A DNA stretch of 64,000 nt from Octopus bimaculoides (GCF_001194135.2 NC_068989.1:19543640-19607639); one strand, 5' to 3'. Shown: positions 12,401 through 25,700, counted from the first letter of the stretch. The notes: generated by a model from the letters alone, not told the origin. Numbers and translations: made by a program.

Positions 12401-14199
12401 TGGTGGGGTAGATATATTGTTGGCAGTGAAATGGATAGATAAGGTGTTAGTATCTATTATAATAAGTTATTGAAACACAAATAAAATTTTAAGAAGTACA
12501 TGTTCTTGCAGTGGTTTGTATACACAAACTGAGATGCACAGCAGTATATAAACAGAAACTAAGTACTTTTGTCCTTTTGCAGTTTCTTTTTACAGTTTGA
12601 CATTTTAGTTCCAAAACATTTTGATGTGTTGGTAAATAGTAAACAAGCTTGAGTGATATGATCTCTGATGTGGGCATGCTTATGAAATATAATGAATGTT
12701 TAATGTATAATCACTATCATAGAAAAATGTAACATCTCCATAGTGATTAAAGCTCTACATTACATGTCAGTTAGACTGAACAAAAAATAATTTATGCCAT
12801 CCACATATCACCAGGCACTTGGAAACAAAACAAAATTGAAAACATTTAGTTCTCATGTTTAATGTATAACTTTTAGATTTAAGAATCCAGATACGAAGTG
12901 TGTATTATACACACACACACACACATGTATGCACACAAACACTCAACAGACTGGCTTCTGTACATTCCTGTACCAAATTTCACTTGCAAAACTTTGACTG
13001 ACACAAGGTTACAGTAGAGGACACTTGCTCAAGGTGTCATGCCATGAGACTGAACAGAGGCTAATAATTGCAAATCAGGCTTGTTAGCCATATCTGTGTA
13101 TCATATTACTGTAAGCAGTTAAATAAGTTCTTATTTTTTCTTACAACAGATTCACACTAACACATATATATATACATTATCATTCAACCACTAACGTGGT
13201 TAAATATATTCTTAAGTCCACCATTTCGTCAATTGCAGCAGCTTCCAAGCTTCACCACTAATTCAGTTCCCAACTAAATTGCAAACTGTTAATAGTTTTA
13301 AAGAGGACACCTCCTCAGCTACACTTTGGCATAAATAGTTTGAACTGTGAGGAGCTGAGCTAATCATGTATATTTCATTCCATAGTTTGAGATTTTAAAA
13401 TAATAGTATACTTTTCTTAGGCTTAAATGATAGAAAAATGCACGAGGAGCTGTTAATATAACCCTTATATGCAACTACATCTAAAATAGTGGACTTCTGT
13501 ACATGATCAAAGGCACCCAATATTTTTGTTTACATGTTGAAAAGAGAGAGAGAGAACTATTGTGTAGAGATTGGAGTGGGGGTTCATGTTTTCCTGTTCT
13601 AAGCTAGAAATGAGACTGAAGAATCAATCCATCTTTATTTGTCAATCAAATAGAGGAAGACAACAATGATGGCGGTGGTGATTTGTGATGGTGGTGATTG
13701 TTGTCACTGTGGTTGTGTAGTTCGATGATATCCCTGACTGAGATAACTTTTAAGTGGCTAACTTACAATTTTGCTTTGCTAAAAGAGAGAAAAAATTCTC
13801 AATCTATTGAAATTTGAAAAATGTAAAAGAAAAGGAAAACTAACAGTAATTATTAATGCTACTCATAGAAATTAATTTGCATATTTCAAGAGAAAATCTG
13901 AAATTTGTTTGCAGGTAAAGCGACAGCTATGGACATGTTTCAAAACCTCCCTTGCAGGTGAAATTTCACCTGTGTTAAAATTTGAAAGTGTCTTCTGACA
14001 AGGTGTCTAAAAACCAATGTAAAAAATTAAAAAAAAAACATTTTGGATATAAATAGTAGTAGGAATATGCATCTCGGTCTTGAGAAGCCATGGATCTGAG
14101 CCTGAAGAAATTATGTCAGTTGCTGATGGTGGTACAGCATCTAGTGTGGCTGTAGAGGCTCATATGGGAGTGGCTATCATGCATACAAGGACTGGACTG

Positions 14200-14365
14200 C
14201 ATTTGAAGGAGTCCTCTGCTGGTTACAAATGATCACCCACGCTGGAGACAAATACTGCAAAAGGAGATGAAGCAAGGGGAAGAAAAACAGGAACTTGCCA
14301 CTAAAGAAAAGTGCACTCGACAGAATGAAAAACCCAGTAGCACTAGCAGAGAGCTCCTTCAAATG
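14200..14365 (+). mobile_element. Degenerate RTE-like ORF 3' end
   Basis: DHPRWRQILQKEMKQGEEKQ...KEK resembles the DR..WR...GE.KR pattern at RTE C-termini; stops and frameshifts upstream. Confidence 0.4.
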
Positions 14366-14614
14366 CAGTCTATCTGTCTGTCTGTCCATCCATACATATA
14401 TATATGATGCTTATCTAACGTCTTTATAAATGATTTAATGCCATATAATTGCCTGTCTATCTCTTATCATATATATATCTTTATATATACATCATCTTTA
14501 TCATCATCATATCATATGTATATATATGTTTATATATTTATGGATAATTTAATTTGGTAGTTGTTCTGACTTGTATTCCTTTTAGCAAACTTTTTTTTTA
14601 CATTATTTACATCA

Positions 14615-14745
14615 TTTACATTCGACGGATATTTGTCCTCATCTTGTTTGTTGTTAACACAACGTTTCGGCTGATATACCCTCCAGCCTTCTTCAGGTGT
14701 CTTGGGGAAATTTCAAACTTGGGTTCTCATTCCTAAGGTATTTTC
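14615..14745 (-). mobile_element. Penelope-like element terminal remnant with hammerhead-like core
   Basis: Plus strand acaacgtttcggctgatataccctccagccttcttcagg reads CTGAAGA-a-ggctg..cagcc-GAAA on the minus strand, typical of Penelope termini. Confidence 0.55.
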
Positions 14746-15628
14746 AATGTTGTTGTTGTTATTATTATTATTATTATTAAAATTAAAAGAAGAGTGCCAT
14801 TTGCTATCTTGTGAACAATATTTCGACATCTCGCGTGTCTTCAATTGGTTCAAAAAATAAATTTGTCAATCTACTTCATTTTGGTTAATATAGAAAGGAT
14901 TGAGGTAACTCCTCCTGAAGACATAGAGTCAAAATTAAAAGAAGAGTGCCATTATTATTATTATTATTATTATTATATTTTAAAAAGGATTGCCGTAACT
15001 CTTCATGAAGGTAAATAGTCAAGACGAAGAGCAAGATTCGATTGTATAAATGTTTTATTTGTTGAACAATATTTTAATCACAATGAAGAAGATTTTCCCC
15101 AAGGTATACAAATGAGAATTCCTGCAGATGCAATAACAATGACCAGTGCAAAAATGCCAGGAGAAATAATTTATTAGAATTGAAATTATCAGCAATATCT
15201 GAATTTAGTAAAAAAAGTGGATAAAATATTGAATGTAGCAAATTTCCTTTAGGGTGTACATATTTTTGTAATGTTTGAAAATTAATATTCATAACTTTGA
15301 AAATGTTTATTTTGTGTTCCAAATTTGTATAATGTTTGCGTGTATAATATATTTTATTCAGTATAAATTTCATTTGATTTCCTTCAATGTTATCAGAGTA
15401 ATGGCAATTTTACTGAAATATTTTAGGGGTGTACATGCTTCTGTGAGATACTGTACACACACACACACACACATATATATGACACGCTTTCACATAGTTT
15501 CCATCTGTAAAATTCACTCACAGGGCATTGGTCATCCGAGGGCTATAGTAGAAAACACTTGCCCAAGGTGCCACACAGTGAGGTTGAACCTGGAAATACA
15601 TGGTGCAAAGCAAGTTTCTTACTTCTTT

Positions 15629-16138
15629 ATGGTTGCTAGTTAAATAGTATAGGTGAGTATTCATTTTCACACCTAAAAAAGAAAACGAAAAAATTATCCA
15701 AAATTCTGTTGATCAGTGCCAAGCAAACAACTTGCTGGTGAGATTCAGCAGTTCAGAATTTGGCTGTGAAGAATCGTATTTTCTGTTATTTAATCTCTAA
15801 CCATGGAAAAATTAAATAATTTACTTTATAAAAACTAAATAAATGAAATATCATATTTTACTTCATAAATTTGGAAATTATTCAAATAAATATTTATGAT
15901 GTAAAATACAAAGATATTTTATTATACCTTTTTTTTTTTTTCATGAAGTAAATTATTCAATTTTTTTCTTGGTTAGATGTGCTTAGAGATTAGCTAACAG
16001 AAACAAATTTAGTCGCAGCCAAATTCTGAATTGCTGAATCTCACCAGTGCTTGGCACTGATCAGTGAAATTTTAGCTAATTTTTTTTTTTTAAGGTGGAA
16101 AAATTAATACTCAATTCCACTGTTTAACTATCAACCAT
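15629..16138. mobile_element. Foldback / MITE-like long inverted repeat (about 510 bp)
   Basis: Ends match 18/20 (atggttgctagttaaatagt). Core arms 15710-15766 and 16016-16063 match 16/16 and 31/32 around a small indel. Confidence 0.85.
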
Positions 16139-17585
16139 GAAGAGCCAGAAAGTTTTCTCACTAGATGTCATTTCATAATCACTTACAATCCAACAAGGTT
16201 AAACTCAAAATTTCTGTTAAAATAAAAGAAATTACTCAATATCTTCAAATGGCCAAAGGTTAAAACAGAAAATAATTATGGTGCAGGTATAGTTGTGTGG
16301 TAAGAAGTTTGCTTACCAACCACATGGTTCCAAGTTTAGTCCCATTGTGTGGCACCTTGTGAGTAGATTTGGTAGACAGAAATTGAAAGAAGCCCATTGT
16401 TTTCTTCATTCTTCATCACTTAACATCCACACTGGCATGGGTTGGACAGTTTGACAGGAGCTGGCAAGGCCGGAAGCCATATCAGGTTCCATTGTCTGTT
16501 TTGGCATACTTTCTATGTTTGGATGCCCTTCCTAATGCCAACCATTTTACAGAGTGTACTGAGCAGCTTTTATGTGGCACCAGAACTAATGATTTTTACA
16601 TGGCACCATCACTGTGCATGTGTGTGTGCGTATGTTTGTCACCTTGTCTTGACCTTGTGTGATAGTTGTAAAATGGTTGTCACTGTAATACAAGCAGTGT
16701 CATTCAGTTCCACATTCCTGTGAGAGCATGTCTGGCTATGGGAAAATATTACCTTGTTTGGCAAGAGGAAGAGCATCCAGCCCTAGAAAAAAATTGTCCC
16801 AATAAACTCCATCCAACCCATACAAGCATGGAAAAGTGGATGTTAAAATGATGATGGTGATGGTGATGATTAAAATAAGAGAAATTAATTAAATTCTTTC
16901 CACAGCCAATAGAATTGTCTCATGATCACCTGTGGTGGTGCATATTCTAACCTCTAGCACATAGATGTATTGTCACTTCTTTGAGATTTTACCCAACAAC
17001 TAAGGTGGCTTCTACTCCTCAAAGTAGGCTGGTCTCATGCCACCTCCACTGGAGTAAAATGACTGAGTGCAGCTGTTTGGACAATGATGGTTTGGTATGG
17101 CTGACTGTACATTCAGCCTACTTTAGAGGCAACTTTTTAAGCAAAAACACACACACATTACAATTCAACATGCTTGACAAAAACACTTTCCCTCTCATAC
17201 AAATAAAGAGAAATATGCCGGCACACACAAACAGAGAGAAAGAGAAGGAGGGAGAGAACAAGAAAAACATTAAAATGTCTGATATCAAATAAGTCAGTAT
17301 TAAATCAATGACATCAACAGGTGGAGGCAAAACAACTGTGCCGAAATGTCTCATAACTTACCTCCTATCACATACTCTCGACTCATTCATCTCTCCTCTT
17401 TTCATTACCTACAGCCTAGTGCTAAGCTATTAACATTGTATCTGCATATTTACCCTGCAGTTGTCTACTTGACATAGTTGAAGTCAATCTCACTAATCTC
17501 ATAGAGCCTAGTTCTTTACAGCTGTTTTAGTGACTGGTTGATGTAATATGTGCCTTATATGTGTACAAGTCTGCATTCACAGTTA

Positions 17586-17636
<51 letters not shown>

Positions 17637-18110
17637 NNNNNNNNNNNNNNNNNNNNNNNNNNNNNNNNNNNNNNNNNNNNNNNNNNNNNNNNNNNNNNNN
17701 NNNNNNNNNNNNNNNNNNNNNNNNNNNNNNNNNNNNNNNNNNNNNNNNNNNNNNNNNNNNNNNNNNNNNNNNNNNNNNNNNNNNNNNNNNNNNNNNNNNN
17801 NNNNNNNNNNNNNNNNNNNNNNNNNNNNNNNNNNNNNNNNNNNNNNNNNNNNNNNNNNNNNNNNNNNNNNNNNNNNNATGTGTCTACGCTTGCGTGTCTT
17901 TCAATGTGTCTGTGTCTTTTGTAAGTGCATGTGTGTATGGGGAGTGTCTGTATCACCTATATACTCTGTTAATACGTGTTCGTTTGTATTTGTTTTTATT
18001 TATTTATTTGTTCATGTGTGTGTGTGTGTGTGTGTGTGTGTTTTTTTGTGTTTAATTAAATTTTGTTAACGTATGTAGTATTTAATTCCATTTGTTTATC
18101 TATGTATTTG

Positions 18111-18142
<32 letters not shown>

Positions 18143-20577
18143 TATATGGGAGAATTTATGAAAAAAACAACAACAGACGAGGACAGGTGGTGTAAACAAC
18201 AAAAGGATGTGTTAGTTTAACGCTCTGGAACAGAGAAAGTTTTTAACGTTTTGAAAGAATACGGAGAAGAACAAGGAGAAAAACACAGAGAAAAAAAATT
18301 TGAATGTTGTTGTATCATGGCGACTGCCGGACAGAAAGTTCACGCAGGAGAGCTATATATAGGTAATGAAAAATTATAGAAGTGAACTCTTTTCAAGAAA
18401 CAACAGTGTAGGGCTTAATTTATTGAGCGATTAGATTAATGTATTAATTTGAAAGAGACAAGTTCCAAAGTCAATAATACTCCTCATCAAAGCTTACACA
18501 TATCTAAACACAGAGGGTGTATATAAGCCATTATAAGCATGCAAACATATAACATACAAAACCATATATATACATATAATAGTGTAATTCCGTGCCCAAA
18601 TCAAAGTTGGATAAGTAATTGCATAAATACATACAGATAAATTAAGAAGTCCAAGCTGATGAAATAACAGTTCACAATAATTCAAAAGGGAGTCCTTAAA
18701 TGAATCTAATAAATAGAAAGAATCTTACGACCATTTCCAGGAATGTGCCAAGAAAAATGTAGGTAAAACTTTTTGGACTTCAGTAATCCATATTTCCTTC
18801 ATCAGAGAATATGTACGGATTTGGAATTTTTAAACAAAATCAGATATATTATCTGTAGAGTGGTTGGTGTTAAGATAATAGGAAGGGCATCCAGCTGTAG
18901 AAATCATGCCAAAGCAGACATTTAGAGCACAATGTAGTCATTGGACCAGTCAGATCCTATCAAGTTGTCCGACCCATACCAGCATGGAACATAGATATTA
19001 AATGATGATGAAGATGGTGTGTGTGTGTGTTTATCCAATCTACGGACATTGTTGTTGTTGTTTATTCCAAAGTTGGCTCTCATATAGCAGATCTATGGTT
19101 AAAGGTATTCCACTTGTGACCATCAATACTGTCCAATATGCTCTTCCTTTATTTACAATGACAAGGAGTGATATGAAGGAGATTTGGCTACTATTTCTAG
19201 CAGGCTGGTTGTGAGGGGCACAAACAAAAAGACACACACACACACAGTTTCTGTCTACCAAATTCACTCACAGCCCAGAGTTATAGAAAACACTTACCCA
19301 AAGTACCTTGCAGTGGGACTGAACCCAAAACTACATGGTTGCAAAGTGAGCTACTTAACTACAACAGTCATGCCTGCAACTTGTACAAAAAAAATCTCAA
19401 CAATTTTGTATTTAAGAATGCACCATTGTCATTATCAATGCAATAATCAGGACAAGCTAATGAGTGAACCTCTACATGAAGGTTAGGAAAAGTTCACTTG
19501 CAGGCACAATTTTACTTGTGATAAAATCTGAAAGTGTTTTCTGACAAGATCTCTAAAAACCTATGTAAAAAAACAAAACATTTTTGATACAAATACCAAA
19601 ACAGTAATTTAAGATGTTGTTTACCTATGAATCTTAAATTTAAATATAGCTTCTCAGCACAGATTCAGTCCATCTAGGTTCTTATGTACTTCCAATTTAT
19701 CTCTGAAACAGTAGCCAAATTTCCCTCAAAATTTACCTGATTATCATTTTATTAACCTTTGCTGCAACTGACTTCTTTGGCTTATGAGTTTATGGCGATG
19801 TTTACGTTTAGCATCCTAAATTTATTTACAGTGCAGGCTTGGTTGTGTGGTTAAGAAACTGACTTTGCAACCATGTGGTTTTGGATTCAGTCGCATGGCA
19901 CAGCATCTTAGGCGAGTGTCTTCTACTAGAGCTCCTGACCAACTAATGTCTTGAGAGTGAATTTGGTTGATGGAAACTGTATGGAAACCTGTCATATCTA
20001 CCTATTTATCTATCTATTTATGTCTGTCTGTCCCTTGCTGTCAATGAGCATAAGCCCGAAGCATCGAAGATTTTTCCATTCTTCCTAAGTGTTAAACTAA
20101 TTCACCAGCTTGTTGTTCCTTCACCTGAGAAATCACACACACACAAACACATCAGCATCAGATCATATATATTTCATTTTTCATTTTATCTAGTTTCAGC
20201 TCATGAGCTGTGGCCATATATAAGTATTTACATATATTTTTATATATAATTTTTTTTGATAGTTGCTCCAGTTTAAATTCCTTTTTGCAAACTTCTTTTA
20301 ATTCTTCATAATGGAATGAGATATGTAATATTAAATTTAGAAAGTTGAAATAGTTTCCAGGCACTTTAAAACAACACAAAGATTTTGAAACAATCTTGAT
20401 ACAGTAAACAAAATGATCATATCAGATTCTATAAGCGCTTTACGGAAGGAAGAACCTCAGATTGCATTTAACACCAAAATCAAAAATACCTTTTGTAAGT
20501 TTCCAGAAAGACAGTCAGAAAATTTCACCATTAAATACACACAGTGAATGCAATAAAAATGACAGAAATAGGCTTAC

Positions 20578-20693
20578 CTTGTATGAACTACAAAAGTAAG
20601 GAATGCGTATATTCCAGGATCAATTGATTTTGCCTTCTCTATGAAAAACATACTTAAGCTCATCAGTCAGACTTAACACTACAACATCTATTT
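20578..20693 (-). other. Exon-like 116-nt cassette, copy A (NME6 intron 1)
   Basis: atatttcag|AAATAG...ACAAG|GTAAGC; stop codons in all three frames; paralog 420 nt away. Confidence 0.5.
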
Positions 20694-20997
20694 CTGAAAT
20701 ATTCATCACATTACACCGTGTGCGTTCTTACATTTGTATGCCCCCATGACATTCAGAGCATACATAATGTGAGACAGGACAGTTTAAAGTTAAATAGGTA
20801 ACATTACCATTAATAATAATAATAATAATAATAATAAAGTGGCTAGGAAGTTTACACCTTTATAGTTAAAATATAAATAAAAATTCAGTAGGATATTAAA
20901 ATACCACTTGCTATAGATAGAGCTATCACTCTAAAACCACAAACTACTATTAAAATACACACGGTGAATGCAATAAACATAACAGAAATAGGCTCAC

Positions 20998-21113
20998 CTT
21001 GTATGAACTACAGAAGTAAGGAATGCATAGATTCCGGGATCAATTGATTTTACTTTCAGTATGAAAAATACACATAAGCTTGTCAGCCAGACTTAACACT
21101 AAAACATCTATTT
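20998..21113 (-). other. Exon-like 116-nt cassette, copy B (NME6 intron 1)
   Basis: atatttcag|AAATAG...ACAAG|GTGAGC; same length as copy A; roughly 85-90% identical by eye. Confidence 0.5.
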
Positions 21114-21601
21114 CTGAAATATTCATCACATTACACAGTAATAATGGTAATGATACCTATTTAGCTTCAAAATTATATATATACATATATACATACATAT
21201 ATATATATAAACAACCATGGGTGTATATAAACTTACATTAATTTTTTTTTTAGAAGTGTTGAATGTGTATTGTACGATATAGACAAAAAAGTGATATTTC
21301 AAACACAGCATCACCATTAAAACACCAGAAATATTGGGTATTACTTTTACAATGTGGAAGAAGTTGTCAACAAACAGCTATATACATATACATGTATAGT
21401 TATTTGTGAGGGATTATCAATCTGGGCAAAATACTTCTTAAGCTCTCTGTTAGTACACCAGACTAACAATATTGTTTAGATTAGTAAAGAAATCTAAGTA
21501 TTCTTGTGGCAGGGTCCGAGGTTATAGTTCATCACCATTCTATATTGCAAATCCATGATTGTGCTCCAGTTATACTGGATTTTAAACAGAGATATATAAA
21601 T

Positions 21602-21863
21602 AAATAATGATCACTACATATTCTTCCTTCATTGGAGTAAATTTAGCTTACAGCTGTTTCCAGTAATTATTACAGGTTCATTACTGATAAGCATAACCAG
21701 AAATGGCTCTGACAAAAGTAGCATTAATTTTTCAGGTTGTTCGACTTTTCTCAACTGATCAATAGACTAGTTGAGTAAACTTATCGGTAGTGGACCTATA
21801 AATACTGAAAACAACTGTAAACCAAATTTACTCCAATAAAGGAAAAATATATGACCATTATTT
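21602..21863. mobile_element. Foldback MITE with about 62-bp imperfect arms
   Basis: The arm 21602-21665 is the reverse complement of 21803-21863 (shared core ttggagtaaattt...ttacag..gttt.cagta). Confidence 0.75.
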
Positions 21864-22412
21864 ATACCTTGTGTCATATATATATATATATATAGGAAAT
21901 GTGCTGTGCGTGAGAAGACCCGGCAAGCCAAGTGAGATCGTTGCCAGGGCCCCTGGACTGGCTCTTGTGCGGGTGGCACATAAGATGTACCATCTTGAGC
22001 GTGACCGTTGCCAGTACCGCCTGACTGGCCTTGTAGGGTTTTCGAGCGAGATTGTTGCCAGTGCCCCTGGACTGGCTCTTGTGCGGATGGCACATAAAAG
22101 ACATCATTTCGAGCGTGGCCGTTTTCATGCAGGTGACACGTAAAAGCACCCACTACACTCTCTGAGTGGTTGGCGTTAGGAAGGGCATCCAGCTGTAGAA
22201 ACTCTGCCAAATTAGATTGGAGCCTGGTGTTGCCATCCGGTTTCACCAGTCCTCAGTCAAATCGTCCAACCCATGCTAGCATGGAANNNNNNNNNNNNNN
22301 NNNNNNNNNNNNNNNNNNNNNNNNNNNNNNNNNNNNNNNNNNNNNNNNNNNNNNNNNNNNNNNNNNNNNNNNNNATGGAAAGCGGACGTTAAACGATGAT
22401 GATGATGATATA

Positions 22413-22452
<40 letters not shown>

Positions 22453-22497
22453 AACGATGATGATGATATATATACACAATGGATTTTCAGTTTCTTA

Positions 22498-22712
22498 TTT
22501 CTTTACTGCCCACAAGGGGCTATACAAGGACAGACAAAGGGATTAAGTCGATTACATCGACCCCAGTGCGTAACTGGTACTTAATTTATCGACCCCGAAA
22601 GGATGAAAGGCAAAGTCGACCTCGGCGGAATTTGAACTCAGAACGTAAAGACAGACGAAATACTGCTAAGCATATTGCCCGGCATGCTAACGTTTCTGCC
22701 AGCTCGCCGCCT
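22498..22712 (-). mobile_element. tRNA-derived SINE with Meta-like central domain, young copy
   Basis: Head with gttctgagttcaaattcc B box and central gcctttcatcctttcggggtcgataaa. Flanked by a 15-bp near-TSD gga(t/c)tttcagtttct. Other copies at about 1215-1340, 45455-45630, 55995-56200, 59140-59335, 59365-59580, 59655-59885 and 60950-61130. The Meta-domain name is from memory. Confidence 0.8.
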
Positions 22713-25700
22713 TCGGACTTTCAGTTTCTGTCACCCAAATCCACTTAGAAGGCTGTGTGGGGGCTAAAGTAGAAGACATTTGCCCAAAGTGCCATGCAGT
22801 GGGGCTGAACCTGGAACCATGTGATTGCAAAGCAAAGGTCCTTACTACACAAGCCACAGATGTACCACTATTTCAGAAAACTGTTCCTAAATAGTTTGTA
22901 TGTCTATGTATAACTTCCACTTAAATTCATTATGTTTTCTATTAACTGTAGCAATGTGGTGTAAAGATAATAAACAATATCAAAGCATTTGTGCAGATAA
23001 CAGTGGAGATAAAAAAAATCAAAATGGAATATTTAACTTTAATAAATTTAACCCTTCACTTTTTGCTTTACATTGAAGATAAATACACTTGATAAGAAAG
23101 AAAAAAAAATCCTTCATCATCATCATCGTTTAACGTCCGCTTTCCATGCTAGCATGGGTTGGACGATTTGACTGAGGACTGGTGCAACCGGATGGCTACA
23201 CCAGGCTCCAATCTAAATTGGCAGAGTTTCTACAGCTGGATGCCCTTCCTAACGCCAACCACTCAGAGAGTGTAGTGGGTGCTTTTACGTGTCACCCGCA
23301 CAAAAACGGCCACGCTCGAAATGGTGTCTTTTATGTGCCACCCGCACAAGAGCCAGTCCAGGGGCACTGGCAACGATCTCGCTCCACAAATAAAATATAT
23401 CAACAACATAACTAATCTTCTGATATATCCTTCATGTAAATACAATTCAAAATATTAAGCTTTAGCTGGATTGGAACTTTCATAATATGCTTTACATTAA
23501 ACCATGGAGTGGAGATAGGCACAAAATGCAGGGCATATTCTGATCATAACTGCATCAACTACTTCTTTTTAATGTTCCAGTAGGAGCTCAGAAAATGTAA
23601 AGAAATGTTTATTATAACAACAATATATTCTATCTTTTACTTGTTTCAGCCATTGAACTGTGTACTGCCTCGAAGGGTTTCAGTTACAAATTGACTCCAG
23701 TACTTATTTTTTAATGTCTGGTACTTAGTCTATTGGATGCTTGCCAAACATCTATGTTACATGGATGACAACAAACCAACACCAGTTGTCATGCAGTGGG
23801 AATGGGGATCAGATGCAAACACATACACATGCACATCATAATTGTGGCTGATGCTGGTGTTTTGTAACTGGCACCCATGCCAGTGGCATGTAAAAAGCAC
23901 CCACTACACTCTTGGAGTAGTTGGCAATAGGAAGGGCATGCAGCTGTAGAAACTCTGCCAGATCAGATTGGAACCTGGTGCAGCTCCCCAGCTTGCTGGT
24001 TTTCAGTCAAACCGTCCAACCCATGCCAGCATGGAAAACGGACGTTAGACTGACTTCTCTCAGTTTCCATATACCAAATCCTCTCACAAGGCTTTGGTCT
24101 GTCTCGAGCTATAGTAGAACTGCCCAAGGTGTCGTGTAGTGGAACTGAACCTGTAAACATGTGGTTGGCAAGCAAACTTCTTACCACACACCCATGCCTA
24201 GAAAAAGATTTTACTGGATATCTCTTCTACAGATATAAACCTGATTCATGTTGGAAGATACATAGCTTGAATTAAACCTAAATATGAAAAAAAAACAAAA
24301 CAAAAAACCCTCTGTTATCATTTGAACGTATAACACATAAGTACACTTCACTAGCACATCTGCTACTCAAAACCCGCATCGTATCCTCCGATTGTATAGA
24401 GTTGTCGCTTGATCATGTGGCACTCTGTACTTAGTTTCAAATAACAAGTTAACATCATTGATTTCTTTAACTTCTGCCGCAAGTACTCAAGTCTAACACC
24501 TCCAACACTGCCAACCCTACTACATCATGCTAATACTCGTAATTTAGTAATTTAGCGACACCACCACGTAGAAAGAAGGTGCAGAATCGTGAAGAGAATT
24601 TGGAAAGCCACAGAGATTTAATTTAATGACAATCACGATTTAGTTTTTCCGTGGTTAGAGTAACGTTATATTTACATTAATCTATTATTAAGTAAACGTA
24701 TCCAGTCCTCTATCTATCTATCTATCTACCAGATCGATGAGATTATTGTTCGGCTAATTGCTGCTGCAGGTAGTTTGCATGCTTGCACGTGGTTGGAACT
24801 GTTTAAAATGATGACCAGTTCTAAGTCAGTTTCAGGTGTTGTTTGGACTGACGTTGAATAACTACAATATCTGGTTAAAATATCTGTCTCAAGTTTTTAG
24901 CTTTAACGGTGTGGACTCACGTATTTTTTAATAAACACGAACAATTTAGCGGATATTTTCATTAACGATTTCTTTCAAAACTGAAAATTCTCATACAATA
25001 GGTCATTCTCAAAAAGATTTTTGTTAAATGTCACCGATTAGATTACGTGATTTTAAAAAAATGGAATAGTCCCAATATGGAATAAACTTCCAGAACATCT
25101 GTTAATGACAATTTAACCATTTTCCATAAGGATTTAAGTAACACAAATTTTTTGAAAGGTGGGGATCGGTGCTAAGATGTTGGATATGCTTTTCCTTTTG
25201 ATGTTTTAATGTATATACACATATTGCAATCATAATGGTCACATTAAAAACAATGCAAATTTTTGGCTCCAGTTTTTTTGTATCATTTATATGTGAAAGG
25301 TTTTGTTATTTGTTTGGAATTTTCTTTCTTGTAATTTTTTTAATAAATTATGTAACAGTATTAAACGTAAATATTAAAATAAAATTCATTCAAAACTAAA
25401 AAAAAAAAAAATAATAGTGTGTGTACATGTGTGTATGTATTTGTTTACGCCAATGATGAACTTTCTATAAACAGAGAGAGAGAGAAAGAAAGAGAGAGAG
25501 AGAGAGAGAAATAGTGTGTGTGTGTGAAGGAGAGAAAGAGGAGAAAGAAAAATCAGACGGAAAGAAATAAAGTAAAGCAAGAGGGTGGTGAGTAAAAGAG
25601 AGGGGGAGAAAATCATCGCTTCATACCAATACGGTCATGTTTACAATATAACGAAGAAAAAAAACTATAATAATAAAAGGAAAGTAAATAAATAGAGGCG

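Noticed and set aside
20531-21136. Duplicated cassette as a C/D snoRNA or a selenoprotein exon
   Set aside because: A GTGATGA is present, but the internal CTGA/TGATGA are not kept in copy B and there is no terminal D box. The frame with a single shared TGA shows mostly non-synonymous differences. An H/ACA fold is weak (ACA 7 nt from the stem).
24808-24851. ATGATGA...CTGA as a C/D snoRNA
   Set aside because: Only 44 nt, antisense to the host gene, with no terminal stem or recognisable guide.
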